Below the pieces are notes generated by a model that was not told the DNA's origin, did not search any database, and saw only the letters and a program-made list of their open reading frames with translations. From Candidatus Woesearchaeota archaeon (GTDB lineage Archaea > Nanobdellota > Nanobdellia > Pacearchaeales > GW2011-AR1): a DNA stretch of 56,799 nucleotides. Shown here one piece after another: positions 30,323 through 39,728 of this stretch. The stretch is taken from the NCBI GenBank assembly GCA_964344105.1, contig CAYFMD010000005.1:1-56799 (forward strand), written 5' to 3'. The position numbers were made by a program, and so were the translations under genes. Each line of letters begins with the position of its first letter. Position 1 is the stretch's first letter.

Positions 30323-32386
30323 TTATTCACTTCCACCATCAGATCCACCGCCATCTCCTCCAGAACCAGAGTCTCCCCCACTATCGCCACCTGAATCTCC
30401 ACCACCATCACTCCCAGAATCACTATGATCTCCGCCAGAATGATCGTCTCCACCTTCAACTATTATAACCTCACCATCATCATGAGTTCCAGGTTCCTCA
30501 AAACCACCATCATCTCCCGGGAAAGGCCCCTGACTACCTAACTCTCCATCAAAATCGTCATGACCATCCTCAAATCCATAATCGCACTCGCCAAAAGGAA
30601 CACAACTGCCTTTACAATCTTCATATCCACTAGCGCACGATTCACCATCCCCTCCACGAGTAGAATCATAATCAGGATTAGATGGGTCATTAAACTCATG
30701 GAAATCATCATCGCCCCCATAAATACAATTACCATACTCACAATAGTAACCTGGTTGACAGCTTATAGTCTCACACCCTTCCCAAGGGTTACCACGATGC
30801 CTATCTCTCCCTATATCTCTAAACTCCCTATCTCTTCTAGGATGATCATCAAAATCTCTAGGACCAAAATCATCAAACTCACCCTCAATACACTCTACAA
30901 ATCCTTGCCTACAGTCCCATCTTCCACCCTTGTCCAAACAAGCTTCTCTCTCATCTATTGGACAAGTAGCCTCAAAATCTCTAAAATGATCCCGCCTATC
31001 TTCAAATCTTTGCCTTCTTTCATCATATCTCTCGTCAAAATGCTCTCTAGATCTAGCAAACTCTTCTTCAAAACAATCTAGCTTCTCATCTCTATCCTCA
31101 ATTCCCTGACATCTCAATCCCAAAGCAGGCGCATGCCCCGGAGGCCCTCTTCCCTCACCACCAAATTCTCCATGATCATCAAATCCCTGATCTCTCATAA
31201 TATCCTCACAACCACTTCTAAATCCAAACTCATCATCACCAGGTAACTCTCCCCTTTCCAAAGCCTCTATACAAGGTCCAGGAGCTCTTTCCCTAACTGC
31301 CAAAGGAAAACATTCCTCTCTCCCATTAGGTCCAAACAAATCAATCTCTCCTCTTTCATGAGCATCTCTACAAACCTGAGGTATATGATGATCAAACCTC
31401 TCTTCATGCGAATCTTCAAAATTCTCATCCAATTTCTGCAAAGCCCTCCTCAAATGAGGAAGATCCTTCAAACTTTCATAAACATCTCCCCCTGCTCTAT
31501 CTGCAACCTCGCAAGCGTCCTCATTACCATCCCTGCAAGCTTTCTCAGCCTCGACAATTTCTTCACATAACAACTTAAACTCCTCATTTGCAACATCGCA
31601 ATTACACCTACTTGAACTAGGATCTCTCATACAGGCACCAATGCCATCAACAAAAGCCTCTGCCTCAGCTCTTTGCTCATCACTTAAGTCCTCAAAATAA
31701 TCCCTCTGCCATCTAGGGCCATCATCATCAGTCTTACAAACTTGCTCAAACTGATCCCAAGCCCCCTGATCATGTAGCTGCTTACACAAATCCCTTATTT
31801 GAGCAGCAATCTCTGCAGCAGTTCCCACACTCTCAGCCCTTTCGGATGCATCATCAAAATCTCCCCTAGCATCTTCAGGAATCTGATCTCTCAAATCTCT
31901 AATAGCCCTTCTAATAATCCTAGAAAGCCTAACAGCTTCTTCTTTTTGATCAGGACTAACCTCATTTTCTAAATTATCTGCAACATCCTTATAATATTTC
32001 AACAATTCCCTAGCCTCTTCAACCTCACCATTCCTTATCAAAGTCCTAACCTCTGCAAACCTCTCCCTCATATTATCCAAATCATCTTGAAAAATCCCAT
32101 CAATAAACCTATCAAATCCATTAACACTCCCTCCATCACCCAACTCCTCATCTATCTCCTCGTCACTTATATCATCCAGATGGTCATCATCCTCAGAATC
32201 ACTATGACTTGTCTCCTCAACCCCCTCATCAGTCTCAAAATTATCTGCAGCAGGATCTTCAGCACCGTCTTCCTGTGCAACAACAAAACTCGCGTTAGCT
32301 AAACTAAAGACCAATAAAAATACGATAAATAAACTAACACACCTCTTTATCATATGATAACCATTATCTTCTACTATATAAATCAT
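30323..32386 (-). CDS. Secreted acidic Cys-rich protein with G/S/D low-complexity tail
   Basis: Signal peptide, many Cys pairs, GGDS repeats at the C-terminus. Confidence 0.7.
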   Translation of the reverse strand: MIYIVEDNGYHMIKRCVSLFIVFLLVFSLANASFVVAQEDGAEDPAADNFETDEGVEETSHSDSEDDDHLDDISDEEIDEELGDGGSVNGFDRFIDGIFQDDLDNMRERFAEVRTLIRNGEVEEARELLKYYKDVADNLENEVSPDQKEEAVRLSRIIRRAIRDLRDQIPEDARGDFDDASERAESVGTAAEIAAQIRDLCKQLHDQGAWDQFEQVCKTDDDGPRWQRDYFEDLSDEQRAEAEAFVDGIGACMRDPSSSRCNCDVANEEFKLLCEEIVEAEKACRDGNEDACEVADRAGGDVYESLKDLPHLRRALQKLDENFEDSHEERFDHHIPQVCRDAHERGEIDLFGPNGREECFPLAVRERAPGPCIEALERGELPGDDEFGFRSGCEDIMRDQGFDDHGEFGGEGRGPPGHAPALGLRCQGIEDRDEKLDCFEEEFARSREHFDERYDERRQRFEDRRDHFRDFEATCPIDEREACLDKGGRWDCRQGFVECIEGEFDDFGPRDFDDHPRRDREFRDIGRDRHRGNPWEGCETISCQPGYYCEYGNCIYGGDDDFHEFNDPSNPDYDSTRGGDGESCASGYEDCKGSCVPFGECDYGFEDGHDDFDGELGSQGPFPGDDGGFEEPGTHDDGEVIIVEGGDDHSGGDHSDSGSDGGGDSGGDSGGDSGSGGDGGGSDGGSE

Positions 32387-32593
32387 TCGTCGTTATAACC
32401 ATAGGGACAATGCTTGCACCCCTTCTCACAACAATAACCCCTTTCCTTCAAAAACTTCTCAGTCATAACCATCAAACCTTCTTCATTAAAATAATAATCT
32501 TCACTATCCATCTTTCACCCAATATTTAGGGTGGGAGGGCGGGTTAAATATTTTTTGGTGAAAAATTATTAATCTAACTAGCTTTTAACAATT

Positions 32594-33820
32594 ATGATTT
32601 TAGAAATTGCAATAGCAATCCTACTTGGATTAATAGCTGGAACAATAACAGGCCTAACTCCTGGAATCCATATAAACCTAGTAGCAATAATTACAATTAG
32701 CTTCTCAGCATTTCTTCTAAATCTAACCACTCCCCTAACATTAGCAATATTCATAACATCAATGGCCATAACTCATACATTCATGGACTTTATACCCTCA
32801 ATTTTCTTAGGAGCTCCAGATGAAGATTCCTTCCTTTCAATCCTCCCAGGCCATAAACTATTGCTAAGAGGCAGAGGTTACTTCGCAATTATCTTCACAC
32901 TCTACGGATCACTATCAGCATTACTAATAATTACCCTACTAACTCCAACATTTCTCTACCTACTACCAACAATCTACCCACAAATACAAAAAATAATGCC
33001 AATAATATTAATTTCAGTATCGGGATTCTTGATTAATTCAGAAAAGAACAACAAACTCTGGGCTTTTTTCATATTTTTGCTAGTAGGATTCCTAGGAATA
33101 GCAAGTTTAAACATAAATATCAAAGAACCATTACTACCATTGCTAACAGGATTATTTGGAGCAAGCAATCTCATAATAAGTATAGGGCAAAAAACAGTAA
33201 TTCCTGAACAAAGAATCTTCCCGCTAAAAAATATAAGACTCTCAAAAAAATCAATAGAAAGATCCTCAATCGCTTCAATCTTAGCTGCACCATTCACAGC
33301 ATTCTTACCAGGACTTGGAGCCTCTCAAGCAGCACTGATAGGAAGATTCTTCCTAATAATAAAAGACCAAAGAGAATTTCTATTCCTTCTAGGGGCAATA
33401 AACACAATCGTGATGGGCCTTTCTTTCATAGCACTATACTCAATAAACAGAACAAGAACCGGAGCAGCCGCTGCAATCTCCCAACTAATAAGTAATCTAA
33501 CAATAACTAACCTCCTAACTATCATAATAGCAATAATAATCTCAGGAATCCTATCATTCATACTAACAATACAAATTGCAAAGATAGCAGCAAGAAACAT
33601 TCACAAAATTTCCTACAGCAAACTCTCATTAATCATATTATCAATACTAATTCTAGTAATTTTAATATTCTCAGATCCAACCTTAGAAGGAAAAATGATC
33701 TCAATAATGATTTTCATAACCTCAACCTCCCTAGGAATCTTTACTATCTCAAAAAATATCAAAAGAATGCACCTAATGGGGTGCTTGCTCATCCCAACAA
33801 TAATCTTCTATCTACTCTAA
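32594..33820 (+). CDS. TctA/DUF112-family membrane protein
   Basis: GTITGLTPGIHIN, FIPSIFLGAPD, LPGH. Confidence 0.85.
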   Translation: MILEIAIAILLGLIAGTITGLTPGIHINLVAIITISFSAFLLNLTTPLTLAIFITSMAITHTFMDFIPSIFLGAPDEDSFLSILPGHKLLLRGRGYFAIIFTLYGSLSALLIITLLTPTFLYLLPTIYPQIQKIMPIILISVSGFLINSEKNNKLWAFFIFLLVGFLGIASLNINIKEPLLPLLTGLFGASNLIISIGQKTVIPEQRIFPLKNIRLSKKSIERSSIASILAAPFTAFLPGLGASQAALIGRFFLIIKDQREFLFLLGAINTIVMGLSFIALYSINRTRTGAAAAISQLISNLTITNLLTIIIAIIISGILSFILTIQIAKIAARNIHKISYSKLSLIILSILILVILIFSDPTLEGKMISIMIFITSTSLGIFTISKNIKRMHLMGCLLIPTIIFYLL

Positions 33821-34207
33821 CTACTCCTCTTCCTGAACTTTCCACTTACTAATACCCATCAAAACCAGAACTGCAATCAAAGTCATAATCAAAGCTGACA
33901 AATACTCAATATAAATAGCCTGTCCAACCAATCCCATCCTAGCAACCAAACCATCAACAGACTTCTGTATAGGTTCTCTCCAACTTAGTGCAATCAGAAA
34001 AGCAAAAGCGGCAGTTATACCAACGGCAACCTCATTCTTAAATTCCTTATTGAATCTACTTGCCTGCTCCTTAGCATTGCCATAAACCCTCTCGTGTAAC
34101 CGCTTAGTAACCTCTTTCTTAACTTCCTTCTCCATCTCCTTCTCAATTTTCTTCCCAAGTTTCTTACCAACTTTCTTCTCAAGAGCCTTTTCAGTCTTCT
34201 TATTCAT
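33821..34207 (-). CDS. DUF5654-like small membrane protein
   Basis: ITAAFAFLIALSWREPI motif; start taken at MNKKTEK. Confidence 0.65.
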   Translation of the reverse strand: MNKKTEKALEKKVGKKLGKKIEKEMEKEVKKEVTKRLHERVYGNAKEQASRFNKEFKNEVAVGITAAFAFLIALSWREPIQKSVDGLVARMGLVGQAIYIEYLSALIMTLIAVLVLMGISKWKVQEEE

Positions 34208-34285
34208 CCAAATAACTAACAAACAGCCTATATAAATTTGTTCACATAAAAAACTAATCATACATTAACTTACCAAAACATAAAA

Positions 34286-37200
34286 CTAAAACCATTTCTC
34301 AATGCTTTCTTGTTTCTCATTATCCTTCCCAAAAATACTTTCAATATATTTCTTAGTCAACTCCAGATCTTGCCGGATATAAACAGGAACATTATAATTT
34401 TTAGTAAGATCCAATGCAGGCTCCAAATATTTTACAATACTTCCATAGCTAATTGTAAAGATCAGCTTAGGGTTATTACACTTACTACACTTTCCATTCA
34501 ATGGAACCCTTCTATAAATCTCATTACACCTTCCACATCTGAAACTTTGCTGGGTAAACTTCCTCAGATTACCCTTCAAGTCTCTCATAAAGTGCCTATC
34601 AATAATCAATCTAGCCACATCCCCATGGTCTACGGCACGAAGTTTCTCACATAACAACATCTGACCCTCTACCTTATCCTTCATACTAGGCAAAATCTTA
34701 TACGCACTGCAAATAACTCCCTTGTTAATATCACTAACATCATGAGTAAACCCCGTATCAACATAAGGATCATCACCTCTGCCAATTCTCTGCTTAACCA
34801 TCTCGATCTCAATCTCTCCAGAGTGCTTTCCTTCCTCAGCCATCCTATACATTTCCAAAGGATAATTATTAACCAACTCAAAATCTAAAATCTGATCATC
34901 AACTTCCTTAGCTAAAATCTTTCCATTCAAAACCAACGGCGCATCCTGAGTAGCTCCACGATGAGCACTCAAAAATTTCCTAGAAAAATTAACCAAAACA
35001 TCTAACAACATCATCATAGCAGCTTCATCACCATCACAATCTCTTCTCATCGCCGCATGCAGATAAGGACTACCAACCAAACCTTGAACCTTTGTAAACC
35101 CAATAAATCTGCAAATAACTCCTGCACAATTATGAGGCGCCATACAAACCCCCAACTGACCAACCAAATCATCTCTTGTCTTAACATTAAAAAACTTAGG
35201 CAATCCATAAAACTTCTCTAATAACTCATCAACAAAATTGGCCACGCCTACAAAAACATCGTCTGCTCTCTCATCCCCAGACTCATCATTACATGGAATC
35301 AGCACATCATGCGGCTTTAACTCAAGAACCTGATCTCCATCAACCAATTCCTTGCCCTTGCAATCAACAGTATAACCCAACTCTCTCAATTTACTAACAC
35401 TAACCTCAATTTCATTGGGCCTAAAGTGACTCAAAGGCACTTCAGTCATGTCATATCTTATAGTACCATCCTTATTCACCTGCAAATTGTACTTAGATCT
35501 TAAAATCCCTTTAATCAAATTCTCAACATCATGCCCCTCACTACTAGTTCCCTTAACACCTTTAATCAATTCTGGAATCTCCACCTTCAACAGCCCTAAT
35601 TTCTCCCTAGCCTTATCAAAATAATGCTTCATATCTATCCTACCACTCTTAAAACTATTACCAATCTCATGAGTTTCACACTTTCCCTCAACTTCAGCAT
35701 CACACATTCTACAATAATGCCTCTTCTCAGACTTCTCACCACAATTTTCACAAGTCCTGTAAATAGTTTCCCTATCACATTTCTTACAATGATTAAAAGG
35801 GAACTCTCCTTTTACAGTCCCAACCTTCATAGCAGCCTCATTAACGCTTCTCAGTCTTCCACCTTCCTCACCAACCGGAAACAAAATATGAGGATTTCCT
35901 GTCAGCTTCCTAATTTTAGCCTTTTCCGGACGGCCCATCCTACTACCAATGAACTCACCAGCCTTATCCTTAATCTCAAAAGAGCTTAACTCATTAATTA
36001 TCTCCAAAACTTTCTTACCCTCCAACTTCAAATCCACTTCTTCATCAAACAGCTTATCTCTTTTCTCAAACTTATAGTCAATTTCTATCTCGCCATCCTT
36101 AACATCCAACCCCAAATTAACCAATAAACCGGCAGCATTTTCTTTCTCAACAACAACATTCTCCACACTAATACTATGATCAACACTCAATAGTTCCAAA
36201 GCCCTCTTCCCAACCTTAAACCTTTCCTTCTCAGAACTATTGTAAGGAAAAACTAACTTGCCATCACTAACTCTTGAATGCTGAATCCAATCAATGAAAC
36301 CCAAAAACTGCTCATAATTTATCTGAGTCCAATAATAAATATAACTAGGATGTAATGGAATCTCATATTTCTTACTAATTTCTATAGCCTCATCAACACC
36401 AACCGAGAAACAGTCACCAACGTGACCTGAATCAGATTTATCTGATTTACCTGCTGTCTCTCTCTTTTCATTAAGTTCCAGCTCCCACCACTCTTCCACA
36501 TACCCAGGATAAGGTAAAATAGCATTTCTATTCATTACATCACCCAAAGGAAACAAAATATCTCCCAAATAAATTATCTCTTCAATCTCATTGTACAATT
36601 CTTTAGCTTCATCATAATCTTGCAACCTCTTAACACTCCCATTCTTAAATTTGACAGTAGGCCCATCAATCTGATCGCAAGGAGTAACTATGCAACCTTT
36701 TGTAGGCTTCTCAATCTTCAACTGAGTCCCAGTTGCAATAAAATTATCACTAGCTGCCATCGTCGCTGGATGCACACTAACCGCACTGAATCCTGCAGCC
36801 CTGCTCCTACCATATCTAAACCGCAATCCCTGACCAGGATGGCCAAAAACAGGACGGCCAGCAACTAAATCCTTAATATAAGTTGGACTACTATCTGTTT
36901 TTCCCTTCTCTCTTTTCTCATGCAACTCAACATATTCCTCCAACCACTCCCAATCCTCCACCTTCAAACCATTTTTCTGAATCCCCCTTAAAATTCTCAA
37001 ACCTTTCTTAGCTTTTTGAGCTAAACCTTCACCATTAACCAAACAAAAACCCCCTCTAATAAAATCACTCTCAACCCTCGGCAGATCCTTATAATTACTA
37101 ACCTCTCTTTGCTCAGTTGGATCACCACAAATCTGGATAGGGCAATTCTGAGCAATAAAATAAGCCTCTTCTTCTGTAGGCAGATACTGCAAATTAGTAA

Positions 37201-37813
37201 CTCTTTCATGATAATCATATAACTCAGTTACAGTACGCTTACATTCAGTCTCTGTAGGATCAAATTTTGCATAGCCAAACAACTGCCTAATATAATCAAT
37301 CAAAATTACACCAACACAAGTAGCAGTAGTACCTGCGCTTCTTATGGGTCCTGAAAAAAATGCCTTCAAATAAGTCTCACCCAACTGAGTCTTACCAGTC
37401 TTCAATTCAGTATAACCCTCAATAGGGCTACTAACAACTCCTAAAGTAGTATAACTAAAACCAACCCTAATCCCTGCATCCATCGCCTCCAACTGAGTAT
37501 CAAACTTACAATATTTTTCCTTAGCAATCTCCTCAGCTATAACAAAACTAACCGTATTATCCAAAGCACCATACTGCTCCTCTAATTCCAAAACCCTATT
37601 AATTATATCTTCATTATCTAGCTGAGGATATTTAGTAGCAATCAACCTTACAGCCTTAGCTGCCATAGTTAAAGCCAATGGAACTTCAACATCATCGCTA
37701 GGATCAAGACCCTTCGCCCTTGCAGCCCGAGCTACCTTATAATTTTCTTCTATACCTTCACTCAAACTAGCAAAATAATCTTCAGTTTCTTGACTTAATT
37801 TTCCCGAGCCCAT
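34286..37813 (-). CDS. polC: DNA polymerase D large subunit DP2
   Basis: GPIRSAGTTA, FRYGRSR, RMGRPEKAK, catalytic RRDCDGDE, C-terminal Zn finger; no intein. Confidence 0.97.
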   Translation of the reverse strand: MGSGKLSQETEDYFASLSEGIEENYKVARAARAKGLDPSDDVEVPLALTMAAKAVRLIATKYPQLDNEDIINRVLELEEQYGALDNTVSFVIAEEIAKEKYCKFDTQLEAMDAGIRVGFSYTTLGVVSSPIEGYTELKTGKTQLGETYLKAFFSGPIRSAGTTATCVGVILIDYIRQLFGYAKFDPTETECKRTVTELYDYHERVTNLQYLPTEEEAYFIAQNCPIQICGDPTEQREVSNYKDLPRVESDFIRGGFCLVNGEGLAQKAKKGLRILRGIQKNGLKVEDWEWLEEYVELHEKREKGKTDSSPTYIKDLVAGRPVFGHPGQGLRFRYGRSRAAGFSAVSVHPATMAASDNFIATGTQLKIEKPTKGCIVTPCDQIDGPTVKFKNGSVKRLQDYDEAKELYNEIEEIIYLGDILFPLGDVMNRNAILPYPGYVEEWWELELNEKRETAGKSDKSDSGHVGDCFSVGVDEAIEISKKYEIPLHPSYIYYWTQINYEQFLGFIDWIQHSRVSDGKLVFPYNSSEKERFKVGKRALELLSVDHSISVENVVVEKENAAGLLVNLGLDVKDGEIEIDYKFEKRDKLFDEEVDLKLEGKKVLEIINELSSFEIKDKAGEFIGSRMGRPEKAKIRKLTGNPHILFPVGEEGGRLRSVNEAAMKVGTVKGEFPFNHCKKCDRETIYRTCENCGEKSEKRHYCRMCDAEVEGKCETHEIGNSFKSGRIDMKHYFDKAREKLGLLKVEIPELIKGVKGTSSEGHDVENLIKGILRSKYNLQVNKDGTIRYDMTEVPLSHFRPNEIEVSVSKLRELGYTVDCKGKELVDGDQVLELKPHDVLIPCNDESGDERADDVFVGVANFVDELLEKFYGLPKFFNVKTRDDLVGQLGVCMAPHNCAGVICRFIGFTKVQGLVGSPYLHAAMRRDCDGDEAAMMMLLDVLVNFSRKFLSAHRGATQDAPLVLNGKILAKEVDDQILDFELVNNYPLEMYRMAEEGKHSGEIEIEMVKQRIGRGDDPYVDTGFTHDVSDINKGVICSAYKILPSMKDKVEGQMLLCEKLRAVDHGDVARLIIDRHFMRDLKGNLRKFTQQSFRCGRCNEIYRRVPLNGKCSKCNNPKLIFTISYGSIVKYLEPALDLTKNYNVPVYIRQDLELTKKYIESIFGKDNEKQESIEKWF

Positions 37814-37897
37814 TCTCCATTTCCCCTATTTTTAATTGATCACAAATACCATTGATCTTATATAAATTATATGGCGATACAATCCATCTAGTAAAAA

Positions 37898-38605
37898 TTA
37901 CTCTATCAAAACCAGCTTCTCTCCCCTCTCTTCCATGACTACATGCTCAACATCCACTTCCCTTTCAGAATACTTTTTTAAAAAATTTAAATCTGAAGGA
38001 ATTATATTCTTAACCCTATTGTTAACAACATCATCAAAATCAAACCATGCAACTGCTCCTTCATTCTGTTCTTCCACATCATCTGAATCAGAAACCAACG
38101 AGGTTATGACAAACAAAAATGAATGTTTAGACGTACCATTTTCTATTAACCTTTCATACACAACCCCATTTGCCTTAGTAAATTTTGCCTCAAGACCTGA
38201 CTCTTCCAAAACTTCCCTTTCAATTGTCTGTGGAATAGTTTCACCACAAATTTGCTTCCCACCAAAAAGGCCCCAATATCCCTTATATGGCATCTTTTTC
38301 CTTTGGATAAGAAGAATCTTATCATCTTTTCTAACAATACCCAAAACCACAGGTAGAACACCAACCTCTTTTTTAAATATCTGAGAAAAATATGGAATCA
38401 ATTTCTGAGCATTAATAGATAAAGAATAAAATCCATCTTCATTGATAATAAAATCGCTCTCCCTCATTAAATTCAATTGATAGCTCAACTTATTAGAAGA
38501 CATCTCTGTAAATCTCAATATATCATTAAACTTCATAGACCTATTTTTTGAAAGGGCATCAAATATCCTTACTCTTTCAGGATTGTCCAAAACAAAATTT
38601 TCCAT
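37898..38605 (-). CDS. HTH (ArsR-like) plus Nudix hydrolase fusion
   Basis: N-terminal wHTH (RVRIFDAL...SSNKLSYQL); intact Nudix box GGKQICGETIPQTIEREVLEESGL. Confidence 0.85.
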   Translation of the reverse strand: MENFVLDNPERVRIFDALSKNRSMKFNDILRFTEMSSNKLSYQLNLMRESDFIINEDGFYSLSINAQKLIPYFSQIFKKEVGVLPVVLGIVRKDDKILLIQRKKMPYKGYWGLFGGKQICGETIPQTIEREVLEESGLEAKFTKANGVVYERLIENGTSKHSFLFVITSLVSDSDDVEEQNEGAVAWFDFDDVVNNRVKNIIPSDLNFLKKYSEREVDVEHVVMEERGEKLVLIE

Positions 38606-38639
38606 ATTTTATCTAAACACCACTTATTTATATATCTCT

Positions 38640-38659
38640 AAGTCAAGATTTCTTGACTT
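38640..38659. promoter_or_regulatory. Palindromic operator candidate between divergent promoters
   Basis: AAGTCAAGA-TT-TCTTGACTT perfect 9-bp inverted repeat, flanked by TATA-like TTTATATA on both sides. Confidence 0.65.
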
Positions 38660-38693
38660 TCTATTTTTTATATAGTTTATTATACTAGAGACT

Positions 38694-39716
38694 ATGGGGG
38701 TTGTTGATACCCTCATAGGTTTGCAATGGGGTTCTGAAGGAAAAGGAAAAATAGCAAAATATTTGGCTTCACAATATAAGGTTATGGTTAGATCAGGAGG
38801 ACCCCAGGCAGGACACACTTTTTATCATAAAAAAAATAAATATATCAACCGCCAAGTGCCCTGCGGAGTATTCAACAATTGTATTTTATACATAGCTCCA
38901 ACAGGGATAATAAATACAAAAGTCCTAGAAGAAGAAATCGGCAGATATTTCTTAGATCATAATAAACTAAAGGTTGACAAAAATTCAATGGTCATAAATA
39001 CTCGGCACATAGAAACAGAAATAAGACTATCTCTAAATGATAAGCTAGCTTCAACATGCCAAGGAGTAGGATCTGCTCAATCTGATAAAATATTGAGAAA
39101 AGGTGTTCTTTTCAAAGATGTTGCCAAAAGCACAGAGTTAAGTGAATATAGCGCAGATGTAGTAGAATGCATTCAAGAACATATTTCCAAAAGAGAAAAG
39201 ATCCTAATTGAAGGAACACAAGGATTTGGATTATGCTTAAACCATGGAGAATATCCTTTTGTGACAAGTAGAGATGTTACATCATCTGCACTACTAAACG
39301 ACTGCGGGATATCTCCAAAAGACCATAACATTACAATAGGAGTCCTAAGAACCTATCCTATAAGAGTGGGTGGAAATTCAGGTCCAACAAAATCATTAGA
39401 GATTACATGGGAAGAAATTGAAAACAGATCTGGATCAAATAGTAAAATTAGAGAATACGCAACAGTAACAAACAGATTGAGACGAATTTTTGAACAAGAC
39501 TTTGAAACATTGAGAAGAGCTATAATGGTTAACAAGCCAGATTGGCTAGCCCTAACTTTTTTAGATTATATAAACAAAGAAGACTATGGTAAGCAATCTT
39601 TTGATGAGCTATCTAACAAATCAAAACAATATATATTAGAACTAGAAAACAAATTAGGCATACCTATTAAATTAATAGGTACAGGACCCTCAGAAGAACA
39701 CATGATTAGTAGATAA
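38694..39716 (+). CDS. Adenylosuccinate synthetase-family protein, PurZ/PurZ0-like (catalytic Asp replaced by Ser)
   Basis: Short 340-aa PurA fold: QWGSEGKGK, GPQAGHT, IEGTQG, YPFVTS, RTYPIRVGGNSGP, TVTNRLRR, TFLDY, IGTGP. Confidence 0.85.
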   Translation: MGVVDTLIGLQWGSEGKGKIAKYLASQYKVMVRSGGPQAGHTFYHKKNKYINRQVPCGVFNNCILYIAPTGIINTKVLEEEIGRYFLDHNKLKVDKNSMVINTRHIETEIRLSLNDKLASTCQGVGSAQSDKILRKGVLFKDVAKSTELSEYSADVVECIQEHISKREKILIEGTQGFGLCLNHGEYPFVTSRDVTSSALLNDCGISPKDHNITIGVLRTYPIRVGGNSGPTKSLEITWEEIENRSGSNSKIREYATVTNRLRRIFEQDFETLRRAIMVNKPDWLALTFLDYINKEDYGKQSFDELSNKSKQYILELENKLGIPIKLIGTGPSEEHMISR

Positions 39717-39728
39717 TATTAATGGATA

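Noticed and set aside
37898..39716. Provirus as the source of the purZ-like cassette
   Set aside because: No integrase, capsid, terminase or att-like repeats are visible; the flanks are core replication genes.
38694..39716. Plain purA annotation
   Set aside because: The catalytic Asp is Ser and the TRVGxGP loop reads IRVGGNSGP, so the gene symbol is withheld.
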